From Escherichia coli (GTDB taxonomy: Bacteria; Pseudomonadota; Gammaproteobacteria; Enterobacterales; Enterobacteriaceae), in the NCBI RefSeq assembly GCF_003018255.1, contig NZ_CP027440.1: a DNA stretch of 64,000 nt, one strand, 5' to 3'. The position numbers and the translations under genes are program-made. Each line of letters begins with the position of its first letter. The first letter of the stretch is position 1. This document shows, one piece after another, positions 22,355 to 34,425 of this stretch. The notes under the pieces were generated by a model that saw nothing but the letters and a program-made list of their open reading frames with translations, did no database searches and had not been told where the DNA came from.

Positions 22355-22804
22355 TTAAAATGTGCGCCTGGCCACCAGCCAGGCACCAACCACAAGTAAA
22401 ATTGCGCCACAAATTGGGCCGATCAACGCCCGTAGTGGTACGCCATGGCTGCGGAAGATATCCAGCACCAGACCGCCAATCAGCTGGCTGGCGACCAGTA
22501 CCGCAATAGTTGTCGCCGCTCCCACATTCTGATATCCGCTGATACTGGCGAAGACAAAAAACGATCCCAGCAAGCCAGGTATAAGTGTCCACCAGCGCAC
22601 GTTGGACACCAGTTCGCCAAACCCCGCCATACCTTGTTTAAACCATAAAATAGAAACAAAGAGCACAATTCCTACCAAAGAGTTCAGCAACATGGCGATG
22701 AGAATGGTAGAGGAGGTCTGGGTGATGCGCACCATCAGCGTGTTCTGGACTACCAGACCAATCCCGGCGGCAATCAAAAAAGCAAGGGTGAGCGACTGAT
22801 TCAT
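22355..22804 (-). CDS. ydcZ: DUF606 inner membrane protein
   Basis: 149-aa hydrophobic ORF, stop overlaps mnaT start region. Confidence 0.8.
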   Translation of the reverse strand: MNQSLTLAFLIAAGIGLVVQNTLMVRITQTSSTILIAMLLNSLVGIVLFVSILWFKQGMAGFGELVSNVRWWTLIPGLLGSFFVFASISGYQNVGAATTIAVLVASQLIGGLVLDIFRSHGVPLRALIGPICGAILLVVGAWLVARRTF

Positions 22805-23319
22805 CAGATTGCGTCCGGTTCACTGCGTTCGTCGAGTTGCAACTGCATAAATGTCAGGTCCAGCCAGCGCCCAAATTTAGTGCCCACCTGCGGCATTTGC
22901 GCGGTGACGACAAATCCCAGCGACTGGTGCAGATGCAAAGACGCCTGATTTTGCGATTCGATCCCGGCGACCATGACATGCTTCCCGCAATCCCGCGCTT
23001 CATCAATCAATCGGCTTAACAATTTACGCCCCAGACCTTTGCCCTGATGATCGGGATGGACATAAACCGAATGTTCCACGGTATGGCGAAAACCATCGAA
23101 ACTACGCCAGTCGCCAAACGAGGCATATCCCGTCACTACGCCATCTTCTTCGCTCACCAGCACTGGATAACCTGCTATGGTCCGCGCTTCAAACCAGGCA
23201 ATGCGGTTATCTGCATCCACCGTTTGGTCATTCCAGATAGCCGCCGTATACAACACGGCGTGGTTATAAATTTCCGCAATGGCAGCACAGTCGGCTTTGC
23301 GGGCAAAACGGATGGACAT
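22804..23319 (-). CDS. mnaT: L-amino acid N-acyltransferase (methionine sulfoximine/sulfone N-acetyltransferase, GNAT)
   Basis: 171-aa ORF with GNAT motifs. Confidence 0.85.
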   Translation of the reverse strand: MSIRFARKADCAAIAEIYNHAVLYTAAIWNDQTVDADNRIAWFEARTIAGYPVLVSEEDGVVTGYASFGDWRSFDGFRHTVEHSVYVHPDHQGKGLGRKLLSRLIDEARDCGKHVMVAGIESQNQASLHLHQSLGFVVTAQMPQVGTKFGRWLDLTFMQLQLDERSEPDAI

Positions 23320-23397
23320 GTTTGGCCTCGATTAAATAATGATGATGACGTTATCAATACTATCGAAAACAGCCCGAAGCAACGGATTCCTCGATGA

Positions 23398-24538
<1,141 letters not shown>

Positions 24539-24735
24539 AGTTTCAACGGCGGCGTAAGCCGCCATAAAAATCCAGGCAAAAAGCTTATTTTCAGCTTTAA
24601 TTAACTAACCACGTCATTGTTCTGCTGCTAATAACAACAAAGGTGAGTGGTTTATGATTATTCACTTTAATACACCAGGTGAACTCCTTCTGCCATGCAG
24701 GCAGGGTTGGACAGAAAACACGCGAAGGAATTAAA

Positions 24736-25401
24736 ATGCCTGGAACGGAAAAAATGAAACATGTCAGTTTGACTCTGCAGGTTGAGAACGACCTGAAACA
24801 TCAGCTTAGTATTGGCGCATTAAAACCTGGCGCACGCCTGATTACTAAAAATCTGGCGGAGCAATTAGGTATGAGTATTACACCTGTGCGTGAAGCATTA
24901 TTACGTCTGGTTTCGGTGAATGCGCTTTCTGTCGCACCAGCGCAAGCATTTACAGTTCCGGAAGTGGGGAAACGTCAATTAGACGAAATCAATCGGATCC
25001 GCTACGAGCTGGAATTAATGGCAGTTACTCTGGCTGTTGAAAACCTCACCCCGCAAGACCTGGCGGAACTCGAGGAATTGCTCGAGAAATTACAGCAGGC
25101 GCAAGAAAAGGGCGACATGGAACAAATCATTAATGCGAACAGGCTATTTCGCTTAGCGATTTATCATCGTTCAAATATGCCCATCCTGTGTGAGATGATT
25201 GAGCAACTGTGGGTCAGGATGGGACCTGGTTTACATTATCTCTATGAAGCGATTAATCCAGCGGAATTACGGGAGCGTATAGAAAACTATCGTCTATTAC
25301 TCGCCGCGTTAAAAGCAAAAGACAAAGAGGGATGCAGACATTGTCTTGCTGAAATTATGCAACAAAATATTGCTATTTTATACCAGCAATACAATCGTTA
25401 A
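24736..25401 (+). CDS. mcbR: GntR/FadR-family transcriptional regulator
   Basis: ORF 24679..25401; ATG 24736 with AAGGAA site gives 221 aa; N-terminal GntR HTH. Confidence 0.8.
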   Translation: MPGTEKMKHVSLTLQVENDLKHQLSIGALKPGARLITKNLAEQLGMSITPVREALLRLVSVNALSVAPAQAFTVPEVGKRQLDEINRIRYELELMAVTLAVENLTPQDLAELEELLEKLQQAQEKGDMEQIINANRLFRLAIYHRSNMPILCEMIEQLWVRMGPGLHYLYEAINPAELRERIENYRLLLAALKAKDKEGCRHCLAEIMQQNIAILYQQYNR

Positions 25402-25406
25402 ATTAA

Positions 25407-25428
25407 ATGCCCGGCAAATACCGGGCAT
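25407..25428. terminator. Hairpin atgcccgg-caaata-ccgggcat between convergent mcbR and yncD
   Basis: Inverted repeat read from sequence. Confidence 0.45.
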
Positions 25429-25436
25429 CAAGGTAA

Positions 25437-27539
25437 TTACTCAAATCGCCACGCAATATTCATGCCGACACCATAATTTCGCCCGGGCGCAGGTTCGTAA
25501 TATCGCCCGTTTGACTCATTGACAATGACAGAGCCAACGTATTCTTTATCGAATAAATTATCGACACGACCAAATAAATCCACAGTTAAATTGTGGTAAT
25601 TGTATTTATACCCGGTGAATAAGCCGACGAGAGTATAAGACGGCGCTTTGGCCGTATTTTCATCATCTGCCATAATATCGCCCATATAACGCGCTTCCGT
25701 ACCTGCATACCAGCCATCTTCCGGTACATAACCTATCGACGCAAAGCCCATATTACGGGCGATCCCTGGCATCCGGTTACCGTTACAATCCTGTTCATTG
25801 CAAACATTGCTGCGATAGGTCGCATCAAGCCAGGTCCAGGACGCTTTTACGCGAAAATCTCCCGCGAAACGTTGATCCCATGCCAGTTCAGCGCCTTGAC
25901 GACGGGTCTTTCCGGCATTTTTGTAAGTCGTACGCCCACCGCTACTGCTATCGACAACAATTTCATCATCGGTGTCGGTCTGGAACAATGCGAGACTAAG
26001 CAGCCCATCACCAATACGCGTTTTACTGCCGATCTCAATTGTATCGTTGGTGGAGGGTTTTAAACCAAAGTTCATACCGCTTTGCCCATCAGCGCGATAA
26101 GACAGCTCATTAATCGTCGGCGTTTCAAAACCGCGCCCGGCTGCCAGATAGACATTCCAGGCATCGGTCATTGCATATTTTAACGATCCGGCTGGTAGCC
26201 ATTTGTGATAACTGGCATCACCGCTGTCGTCGCCGTTACCCGGAGTAACGTAATGATCATTGGAATCAAACCACACAGAGCTGTAGCGCACGCCAGCATC
26301 CAGCGAAAGTTTGTCGGTCAGTTGCCACTGGGTTTGTAAATAGGGATCGACGTTCCACATCAAATTGCGTTCGTCGCGGCGCAACTCACCTTTTTGCCCG
26401 TATTCCGGCACGCCGCGATTCAGGCGGAAGTTATTGTAACCCTTGCGGTTTTCACTCATGTTTTCGTAGTTCAGGCCGGTTGTGAACGTGACTGGAACGC
26501 CCAATTCACCACGGTGTGTCCAGCGGCTGTCTATCCCCTGGTAATGGCGTTGCAGGGTAATCACGCCGCCCGCATGTGACGGGTTAAGTTGCGGGGACAT
26601 GGGGATTGACTGGTACTGGGTCGTTTCTCGCTCTCCGGCATACATCATTACACTCATATCATCTTGCGCGCTCAGGCTACGTTCATAGCGCAACCCAGCC
26701 TGAGTTTGCTTGATGGTTTTTCGCGTGTCGTACTGTTCTGCACGGGGCGCTTGTTGTGGATTCGCCTTCCATTCTGCTTCGGTTAGCCCACCTGGGTCAT
26801 CTGCTTTGATATCCACACTATTGAAAATCAGGCTTAATTTGCTGGCGTCATCAATGCGAACGCCCAGTTTGGCATTGGCTAAATTTTTCTGTGCGCCACT
26901 ATGATCACGATAGCCGTGGGTCGTAAAGCGCGTGGTTGAGACGGTGTAATCGACATCGCCTGGCTGTGTGCCGTCTCCCGTTGCGCCCGTTGCTTTCAGC
27001 CCATAGCGCCAGCTGCCAAAACTGCCGTAGTAACTACTGGCTTCAATGGTTGGTGGCTGTTGTCCGGTCTGGGTGATGACATTCATTACACCGCCAGACG
27101 CGTTGCCATACAGAGCAGAGAAGGGGCCACGCAGCACTTCCACATTTTGCACACTGCTTAAATCGATATTGGATGTCTGCCCTTGTCCGTCGGGCATGGT
27201 AGCGGGAATACCGTCAACATACAGGCGAATACCGCGAATTCCGTAAGTGGAGCGGGAGCCAAATCCGCGAATCGACAGCTGTAAATCTTGCGCATAGTTC
27301 TGCCGGTTTTGTACCTGCAAACCAGGCACGCCAGTCAGTGATTCAGACAAGTTAATGCGCGGTGTTGCCAGGCGCATCTCCTCGCCATCCACCACGCTCA
27401 CGGCTGCTGGGGTATCCAGTTCTGAAATCACCTGCGGCGCGGCACTGACAATCATGGTCTGTTCATCAGCGGCAAAAACGGTGGGGGAAAGGACAAGCAG
27501 CGCGGGAAAAACGGTCTGTCGGACGGAAAAAATCTTCAT
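25437..27539 (-). CDS. yncD: TonB-dependent outer membrane receptor
   Basis: 700-aa ORF; signal peptide, C-terminal terminal aromatic (…AWRFE); beta-barrel receptor. Confidence 0.9.
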   Translation of the reverse strand: MKIFSVRQTVFPALLVLSPTVFAADEQTMIVSAAPQVISELDTPAAVSVVDGEEMRLATPRINLSESLTGVPGLQVQNRQNYAQDLQLSIRGFGSRSTYGIRGIRLYVDGIPATMPDGQGQTSNIDLSSVQNVEVLRGPFSALYGNASGGVMNVITQTGQQPPTIEASSYYGSFGSWRYGLKATGATGDGTQPGDVDYTVSTTRFTTHGYRDHSGAQKNLANAKLGVRIDDASKLSLIFNSVDIKADDPGGLTEAEWKANPQQAPRAEQYDTRKTIKQTQAGLRYERSLSAQDDMSVMMYAGERETTQYQSIPMSPQLNPSHAGGVITLQRHYQGIDSRWTHRGELGVPVTFTTGLNYENMSENRKGYNNFRLNRGVPEYGQKGELRRDERNLMWNVDPYLQTQWQLTDKLSLDAGVRYSSVWFDSNDHYVTPGNGDDSGDASYHKWLPAGSLKYAMTDAWNVYLAAGRGFETPTINELSYRADGQSGMNFGLKPSTNDTIEIGSKTRIGDGLLSLALFQTDTDDEIVVDSSSGGRTTYKNAGKTRRQGAELAWDQRFAGDFRVKASWTWLDATYRSNVCNEQDCNGNRMPGIARNMGFASIGYVPEDGWYAGTEARYMGDIMADDENTAKAPSYTLVGLFTGYKYNYHNLTVDLFGRVDNLFDKEYVGSVIVNESNGRYYEPAPGRNYGVGMNIAWRFE

Positions 27540-27674
27540 GAAAAAAGCCAGGTTAAGAATGGGAAAACACCGTCATGGTAATAAAATTGTAAATTTATGG
27601 AAAACGAAACGGCACGATATGTTAAGTAATTGAGAAAATTGTAGTCGTAACGGCAAGAAATGCTCCACATTTGA

Positions 27675-27695
27675 GAAAATAATGATTACCATTCC
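27675..27695. promoter_or_regulatory. Candidate Fur box (aaaataatgattaccattc) in the yncD/yncE divergent promoter region
   Basis: Match to GATAATGATAATCATTATC-type consensus read from sequence; about 90 bp upstream of yncE start. Confidence 0.4.
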
Positions 27696-27780
27696 CATTT
27701 ATAACAAGAGCGTAACGATGATTACGCTTAGCGAAGCATTGTGAAGCAGCAAAAATATCGGTTCATCAAAGGGAGTCGTC

Positions 27781-28842
27781 ATGCATTTACGTCATCTGTT
27801 TTCATCGCGCCTGCGTGGTTCATTACTGTTAGGTTCATTGCTTGTTGCTTCATCATTCAGTACGCAGGCCGCAGAAGAAATGCTGCGTAAAGCGGTAGGT
27901 AAAGGTGCCTACGAAATGGCTTATAGCCAGCAAGAAAACGCGCTGTGGCTCGCCACTTCGCAAAGCCGCAAACTGGATAAAGGCGGCGTGGTTTATCGTC
28001 TTGATCCGGTTACTCTGGAAGTGACGCAGGCGATCCATAACGATCTCAAGCCGTTTGGTGCTACCATCAATAACACGACTCAGACGTTGTGGTTTGGTAA
28101 CACTGTAAACAGCGCGGTCACGGCGATAGATGCCAAAACGGGCGAAGTGAAAGGCCGTCTGGTGCTGGATGATCGTAAGCGCACTGAAGAGGTGCGCCCG
28201 CTGCAACCGCGTGAGCTGGTGGCAGACGATGCCACGAACACCGTTTACATCAGTGGTATTGGTAAAGAGAGCGTGATTTGGGTCGTTGATGGCGAGAATA
28301 TCAAACTGAAAACCGCCATCCAGAACACCGGTAAAATGAGTACCGGTTTAGCGCTGGATAGCAAAGGCAAACGTCTTTACACCACTAACGCTGACGGCGA
28401 ATTGATTACCATCGACACCGCCGACAATAAAATCCTCAGCCGTAAAAAGCTGCTGGATGACGGCAAAGAGCACTTCTTTATCAACATCAGCCTTGATACC
28501 GCAAGGCAGCGTGCATTTATCACCGACTCTAAAGCGGCAGAAGTGTTAGTGGTCGATACCCGTAATGGCAATATTCTGGCGAAGGTTGCGGCACCGGAAT
28601 CACTGGCTGTGCTGTTTAACCCCGCGCGTAATGAAGCCTACGTGACGCATCGTCAGGCAGGTAAAGTCAGTGTGATTGACGCGAAAAGCTATAAAGTGGT
28701 GAAAACGTTCGATACGCCGACTCATCCGAACAGCCTGGCACTGTCTGCCGATGGCAAAACGCTGTATGTCAGTGTGAAACAAAAATCCACTAAACAGCAG
28801 GAAGCTACCCAGCCGGACGATGTGATTCGTATTGCGCTGTAA
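27781..28842 (+). CDS. yncE: Periplasmic beta-propeller protein
   Basis: 353-aa ORF with signal peptide; recognised as YncE. Confidence 0.85.
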   Translation: MHLRHLFSSRLRGSLLLGSLLVASSFSTQAAEEMLRKAVGKGAYEMAYSQQENALWLATSQSRKLDKGGVVYRLDPVTLEVTQAIHNDLKPFGATINNTTQTLWFGNTVNSAVTAIDAKTGEVKGRLVLDDRKRTEEVRPLQPRELVADDATNTVYISGIGKESVIWVVDGENIKLKTAIQNTGKMSTGLALDSKGKRLYTTNADGELITIDTADNKILSRKKLLDDGKEHFFINISLDTARQRAFITDSKAAEVLVVDTRNGNILAKVAAPESLAVLFNPARNEAYVTHRQAGKVSVIDAKSYKVVKTFDTPTHPNSLALSADGKTLYVSVKQKSTKQQEATQPDDVIRIAL

Positions 28843-28922
28843 TAGATATGGCGAGGGTGAAAATGGAGAGACTTGCCTGACTTTTATCACGCCGTATCCG
28901 GCACCTTCGTCAGTAATTTGAA

Positions 28923-28950
28923 TTTGCCCGGCACGTAGCCGGGCAATTTT
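28923..28950. terminator. Hairpin ttgcccggc-acgt-agccgggcaa + TTTT between convergent yncE and ansP
   Basis: Inverted repeat plus T-run read from sequence. Confidence 0.5.
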
Positions 28951-28954
28951 GCAA

Positions 28955-30454
28955 TTAGCTCGCCGTTTCAGGCTTAAACACAATTTCCTGTTTTTCTTCA
29001 TCTTCCTCGACGACTGGCGCAGTGCTGTGAATTTCAGCAACGCGTTTGCGCACACCAAACCAGCCTATAACCAGCAGAATACCGATAATCGGCAGCGCCG
29101 CGATAGTATAAGTCCCGTTCGGGTAATCGAACGCCATCAGCACAAGGACGCTCAGCAAAAACAGTAATGTCAGCCAGGAAGTGAAGGGCGCGCCAGGCAG
29201 TTTAAAACTGACATCCGCTGCTTTGCCTTCTTTAATCGCTTTACGCAGGCGCATCTGGCACACGATGATAAACGCCCATGAAGCGATGATTCCCAGCGAC
29301 GCGAAGTTCAACACAATCTCAAATACGCGCGACGGCACCAGATAGTTGAGGAATACGCCGACGACATACACAACCAGTGTCGCCAGAATCCCGGCATACG
29401 GCACATGCTGACGACTCATTTTCGCCATAAAACTCGGTGCGGAACCGCCCATCGCCATCGAGCGCAGAATACGTCCGGTGCAGTACAGACCTGAGTTCAG
29501 GCTGGAGAGGGCAGCGGTCAGCACCACAATGTTCATAATGCTGCCGATGTACGGCACACCCAGTTTAGAGAAAAACGTCACGAACGGACTTTGCCCCGCC
29601 TGATACGCGCTCCACGGCAATAACATAACCAGCAACACCACGGAGCCGACGTAAAACAGGCCAATACGCCAAATCACACTGTTAATCGCTTTAGGCACCA
29701 TGGTCTGCGGATCTTTACATTCTCCGGCAGCTGTACCCACCATTTCAATGGAGGCAAAAGCAAACACTACGCCCTGAATCAACACCAGCGCAGGTAGCAA
29801 ACCGTGGGGGAAGAAGCCGCCGTTATCGGTAATTAAATGAAAGCCAGTGGTGTTGCCATCCAGCGGCTGACCACTACCGAGGAACACTGTACCCACGACC
29901 AAAAAGGTCACAATGGCGAGCACTTTAATAAGCGCAAACCAGAACTCCATCTCGGCAAACCATTTCACACCAATCATATTCATGGTGCCAACGATGGTCA
30001 GCGCAGCGAGCGCAAAGACCCACTGCGGTACACCACCAAATGCGCCCCAGTAATGCATATACAGTGCAACGGCGGTAATATCGACAATCCCCGTCATCGC
30101 CCAGTTGATGAAGTACATCCAGCCTGCAACATAAGCGGCTTTCTCACCCAAAAACTCACGGGCATAAGAGACAAAACTGCCACTGGAAGGGCGGTGTAGC
30201 ACCAGCTCACCCAATGCACGCAGAATAAAAAACGAAAACAAGCCGCAGATTAAATAGACCAGTGCCAGTGCTGGCCCCGCCATTTGCAGTCGGGCTCCCG
30301 CGCCTAAAAACAAACCCGTACCAATCGCGCCGCCAATGGCGATCATCTGCACCTGGCGATTGCCCATCGCTTTGTGATACCCCTCTTCGTGGGCATTAAG
30401 CCAGCGGCGTTTCGCGGCGTGCTGATCTGAAGTGTCGGTGTCGTGTTTACTCAT
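28955..30454 (-). CDS. ansP: L-asparagine permease (APC family amino acid transporter)
   Basis: ORF 28955..30505; start set at ATG 30454 (MSKHDTDTSDQHAAKRRWLNAHEEGYHKAMGNRQVQMIAIGG) giving 499 aa. Confidence 0.9.
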   Translation of the reverse strand: MSKHDTDTSDQHAAKRRWLNAHEEGYHKAMGNRQVQMIAIGGAIGTGLFLGAGARLQMAGPALALVYLICGLFSFFILRALGELVLHRPSSGSFVSYAREFLGEKAAYVAGWMYFINWAMTGIVDITAVALYMHYWGAFGGVPQWVFALAALTIVGTMNMIGVKWFAEMEFWFALIKVLAIVTFLVVGTVFLGSGQPLDGNTTGFHLITDNGGFFPHGLLPALVLIQGVVFAFASIEMVGTAAGECKDPQTMVPKAINSVIWRIGLFYVGSVVLLVMLLPWSAYQAGQSPFVTFFSKLGVPYIGSIMNIVVLTAALSSLNSGLYCTGRILRSMAMGGSAPSFMAKMSRQHVPYAGILATLVVYVVGVFLNYLVPSRVFEIVLNFASLGIIASWAFIIVCQMRLRKAIKEGKAADVSFKLPGAPFTSWLTLLFLLSVLVLMAFDYPNGTYTIAALPIIGILLVIGWFGVRKRVAEIHSTAPVVEEDEEKQEIVFKPETAS

Positions 30455-30720
30455 TGCTCTCCCTGATTGCTTTAATGAAAAAGTCATATAAGTTGCCATG
30501 AACAATGTTTATTCATCCTGGCGATGATAGTTATCACCATTATTCTTTATGGGTATAAAACTATCGGCGCAGCATCCTACCCGTTATCGATAAACGATGC
30601 AAAACATCCCCTTACAATTCTGAAGGGGATTCATACAACTGACGAAAAAATGACAAATACTTTTGCTGGTTAACCTGTGTGCTGTCCTAGACTTAATCTT
30701 TAAAAGATTGTGAGGGGCAT

Positions 30721-31338
30721 ATGATTAAGGTGCATGGCGTACCCGGATGGGGCACTACAATCAGTGAGATGATGCTAACACTGGCTGATATTCCTTATCA
30801 GTTCGTTGATGTCAGTGGTTTTGACCACGAGGGAACTTCACGCGAGTTATTGAAAACCCTGAACCCGTTGTGTCAGATTCCGACACTGGCGCTGGAAAAT
30901 GACGAGATTATGACGGAGACAGCGGCGATTGCATTGATGGTTCTCGATCGTCGCCCGGACCTTGCGCCACCGGTTGGGCGCGCCGAACGTCAGCAGTTTC
31001 AACGGCTATTGGTCTGGCTGGTTGCTAATGTCTATCCAACATTCACTTTCGCCGATTACCCTGAGCGTTGGGCTCCTGACGCACCCGAACAGTTAAAGAA
31101 TAATGTTATTGAATATCGTAAATCGCTTTATATCTGGCTGAATTCACAATTGACCGCTGAACCTTATGCGTTTGGTGAGCAACTAACGCTGGTGGACTGT
31201 TATCTTTGCACCATGCGCACATGGGGGCCGGGGCATGAATGGTTTCACGATAATGCGCAGAATATCAGCTCGATCGCTGAAGCTGTATGTCAGTTACCGA
31301 AATTACAAGAAGTATTAAAAAGGAATGAAATTATTTGA
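30721..31338 (+). CDS. yncG: Glutathione S-transferase-like protein
   Basis: 205-aa ORF; GST N- and C-domain-like. Confidence 0.8.
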   Translation: MIKVHGVPGWGTTISEMMLTLADIPYQFVDVSGFDHEGTSRELLKTLNPLCQIPTLALENDEIMTETAAIALMVLDRRPDLAPPVGRAERQQFQRLLVWLVANVYPTFTFADYPERWAPDAPEQLKNNVIEYRKSLYIWLNSQLTAEPYAFGEQLTLVDCYLCTMRTWGPGHEWFHDNAQNISSIAEAVCQLPKLQEVLKRNEII

Positions 31339-31413
31339 ATGGGATACCAGAAGATTATGTTATTTATTATTCAGTAACTTTATCCACAATGATGGACGTA
31401 ATTAATTAGATTC

Positions 31414-31626
31414 ATGTTATGTTTTTTAATTTATATCACTCTCCCTTTCATTCAGCTTGTTTATTTCATTTCCTCTGAAAAGAAACTAACTATTCACATT
31501 GTGCAGATGTTTCAGTTGTTATCACAGGCATTCTATAATCTCAAAATGTTTTTAATGATGGATATGCTCGGAGTTGGAGATGCAATTAATATTAATACAA
31601 ATAAAAATATCCGGCAGGTATGCTAA
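31414..31626 (+). CDS. yncH: Small hydrophobic protein of unknown function
   Basis: 70-aa AT-rich ORF; recognised as YncH. Confidence 0.65.
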   Translation: MLCFLIYITLPFIQLVYFISSEKKLTIHIVQMFQLLSQAFYNLKMFLMMDMLGVGDAININTNKNIRQVC

Positions 31627-32461
31627 AAGGATAAATGGCGTTCTCTGTATTTATTCGCGATTATCTGTAGGACAAATATGGAGCGCTTGATGAGTCAGAG
31701 CTAAAACAGCAATTGATAAATAAACATGTTGATTTATTCAAGAAAATGGATGTATTTCAAATATTGATTCTTAATATAACCTAATCAATAGATTATCACG
31801 TGAGAGCTGCACATTATTGGAGGGGCAGGGGAAAACACCATTTTGGGAACAATGAATCAGGTACTCTTACCACTGAAGCAAGATCATCCGGGCACCAGGT
31901 GGTGGTGCAGTGCTTTGGAAATGGTCCCCTCGGGGGAGTTGTCATTATTTTCTATGCTATTTGCTTATGATATTCATCAGGTGAATTTAATAAATTCCTA
32001 ATTTTAAATATCCACTATTAAGCCAGTGTTTAACGGCGTTAAGATGGCAATGTGCAGATCATGTTATCAGAGTGGGGCGGTAGCGTATATTCCTTATACA
32101 AACCATCATTCATTTCAATGATTGTTATTGAATTATTTATTGTTGTGAATAAAAAGACATTATGAATATTGGTTTGACTTTGCATATCAGGTTTTTTATT
32201 ATTCGCTCTAATGTACGAGCCTGTCGTGAATAACGTCGAGAACCCATCCGTTGCGTTTGTGATTATTTTGTTGACTAAACAGACACCCGTTTCTCTGAAG
32301 TAAAATCCCATACTAAATCATCACATAACCATGACATTTTTCTGATATTCCCCGGTAACGCCAGATGTCGACTCGCTTATCTCATCCGCCCGACATGTTG
32401 TACATGCAATATGTGCGGATTATTATTCATTTTCACGGAGGTTGCTATGTCAACCGGATTA

Positions 32462-33753
32462 CCAGGGAAAGATCACGTAACGCTGCTTTTTTGCACTAAA
32501 TAATTCGCATTTTATGTTTAAAAATTGAGATATTCCTCATTACCTGAAGCTGTTTTTTATTGCGTATACATGTTCAAATACTCCTTACATAATTAAGGAG
32601 AACAAAATGGAACTTAAAAAATTGATGGAACATATTTCTGTTATCCCCGATTACAGACAAGCCTGGAAAGTGGAACATAAATTGTCGGATATTCTACTGT
32701 TGACTATTTGTGCCGTTATTTCTGGTGCAGAAGGCTGGGAAGATATAGAGGATTTTGGGGAAACACATCTCGATTTTTTGAAGCAATATGGTGATTTTGA
32801 AAATGGTATTCCTGTTCACGATACCATTGCCAGAGTTGTATCCTGTATCAGTCCTGCAAAATTTCACGAGTGCTTTATTAACTGGATGCGTGACTGCCAT
32901 TCTTCAGATGATAAAGACGTTATTGCAATTGATGGAAAAACGCTCCGGCATTCTTATGACAAGAGTCGCCGCAGGGGAGCGATTCATGTCATTAGTGCGT
33001 TCTCAACAATGCACAGTCTGGTCATCGGACAGATCAGGACGGATGAGAAATCCAATGAGATCACAGCTATCCCAGAACTTCTTAACATGATGGATATTAA
33101 AGGAAAAATCATCACAACTGATGCGATGGGTTGCCAGAAAGATATCGCAGATAAGATACAAAAACAGGGCGGTGATTATTTATTCGCTGTAAAAGGAAAT
33201 CAGGGGCGGCTTAATAAAGCCTTTGAGGAAAATTTCCCACTGAAAGAATTAAATAATCCAGAGCATGACAGTTACGCAATTAGTGAAAAAAGTCACGGCA
33301 GAGAAGAAATCCGTCTTCATATTGTTTGCGATGTCCCTGATGAACTTATTGATTTCATGTTTGAATGGAAAGGTCTGAAGAAATTATGCGTGGCAGTCTC
33401 CTTTCGGTCAATAATAGCAGAACAAAAGAAAGAGCCAGAAATGACGGTCAGATATTATATCAGTTCTGCTGATTTAACCGCAGAGAAGTTCGCCACAGCA
33501 ATCCGAAACCACTGGCACGTGGAGAATAAGCTGCACTGGCGTCTGGACGTGGTAATGAATGAAGACGACTGCAAAATAAGAAGAGGAAATGCAGCAGAAT
33601 TATTTTCAGGGATACGGCACATCGCTATTAATATTTTAACGAATGATAATGTATTCAAGGCAGGGTTAAGACGTAAGATGCGAAAAGCAGCCATGGACAG
33701 AAACTACCTGGCGTCAGTCCTTGCGGGGAGCGGGCTTTCGTAATCTTTCCCTG
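32462..33753 (+). mobile_element. H-repeat element (ISAs1-family insertion sequence), copy 1, about 1292 bp with imperfect terminal inverted repeats cagggaaagatca ... taatctttccctg
   Basis: Near-identical to copy 2 at 39125..40415; ends defined by where the two copies lose similarity to each other; IRs read from sequence. Confidence 0.8.
32607..33743 (+). CDS. H-repeat-associated protein / ISAs1-family transposase (378 aa)
   Basis: 378-aa ORF with AAGGAG site; about 97 percent identical to the ORF at 39269..40405; recognised as YdcC/YhhI-type H-rpt protein. Confidence 0.85.
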   Translation: MELKKLMEHISVIPDYRQAWKVEHKLSDILLLTICAVISGAEGWEDIEDFGETHLDFLKQYGDFENGIPVHDTIARVVSCISPAKFHECFINWMRDCHSSDDKDVIAIDGKTLRHSYDKSRRRGAIHVISAFSTMHSLVIGQIRTDEKSNEITAIPELLNMMDIKGKIITTDAMGCQKDIADKIQKQGGDYLFAVKGNQGRLNKAFEENFPLKELNNPEHDSYAISEKSHGREEIRLHIVCDVPDELIDFMFEWKGLKKLCVAVSFRSIIAEQKKEPEMTVRYYISSADLTAEKFATAIRNHWHVENKLHWRLDVVMNEDDCKIRRGNAAELFSGIRHIAINILTNDNVFKAGLRRKMRKAAMDRNYLASVLAGSGLS

Positions 33754-34359
33754 AACACCGAGGTGCTGAATAACCGCACCACGGATGTGATAAACAACCA
33801 TGCTGAGACCATCGGCAACAATCAGGTGATTGCGGTTACCAACAATCAGATACAGACGGTGGGCGTTAACCAGATAGAGACGGTGGGCAGTAACCAGATC
33901 ATTAAAGTGGGCTCTGTTCAGGTGGAAACGATTGGACTTGTTCGTGCGCTGACCGTGGGCGTGGCGTATCAGACGACGGTAGGTGGCATTATGAACACCT
34001 CGGTGGCCCTGATGCAGTCCTCGCAGATCGGTTTGCATAAATCGTTGATGGTCGGGCTGGGTTATGACGTCAAAGTCGGAAATAACGTTACCTTCACCGT
34101 TGGTAAAACGAAAAAGGATGATACCGGACAGACCGCGATTTACTCCGCCGGTGAGCATCTGGAACTCTGCTGTGGTAAGGCAAGGCTGGTGCTGACTAAG
34201 GACGGACAAATTTTTCTCAACGGCACAAAAATTCATTTGCAGGGTAAGGAGCAGGTTAATGGTGACTCACTGTTGATTAACTGGAACTGTGCAGCCTCGA
34301 AATCCCCACCGAAGACCCCTGATGAAAAGCAGGATACGCCGGATATGAGAGAGTACTGA
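33754..34359 (+). pseudogene. VgrG (T6SS spike protein) C-terminal fragment, 5'-truncated at the H-repeat boundary
   Basis: Reading frame open from the H-rpt right end; product carries VgrG C-terminal repeat motifs (VINNHAETIGNNQVIAVTNNQIQTVGVNQIETVGSNQ...). Confidence 0.7.
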
Positions 34360-34425
34360 TCCCGTACCTGTTCGGTATTCAGTAACAAACAAGCATTAAA
34401 AATAAACAGAAGAAGGAATTGAATC

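Noticed and set aside
32039-32311. 90-aa minus-strand ORF in the AT-rich tract
   Set aside because: AT-rich chance ORF, no ribosome-binding site and no recognisable product.
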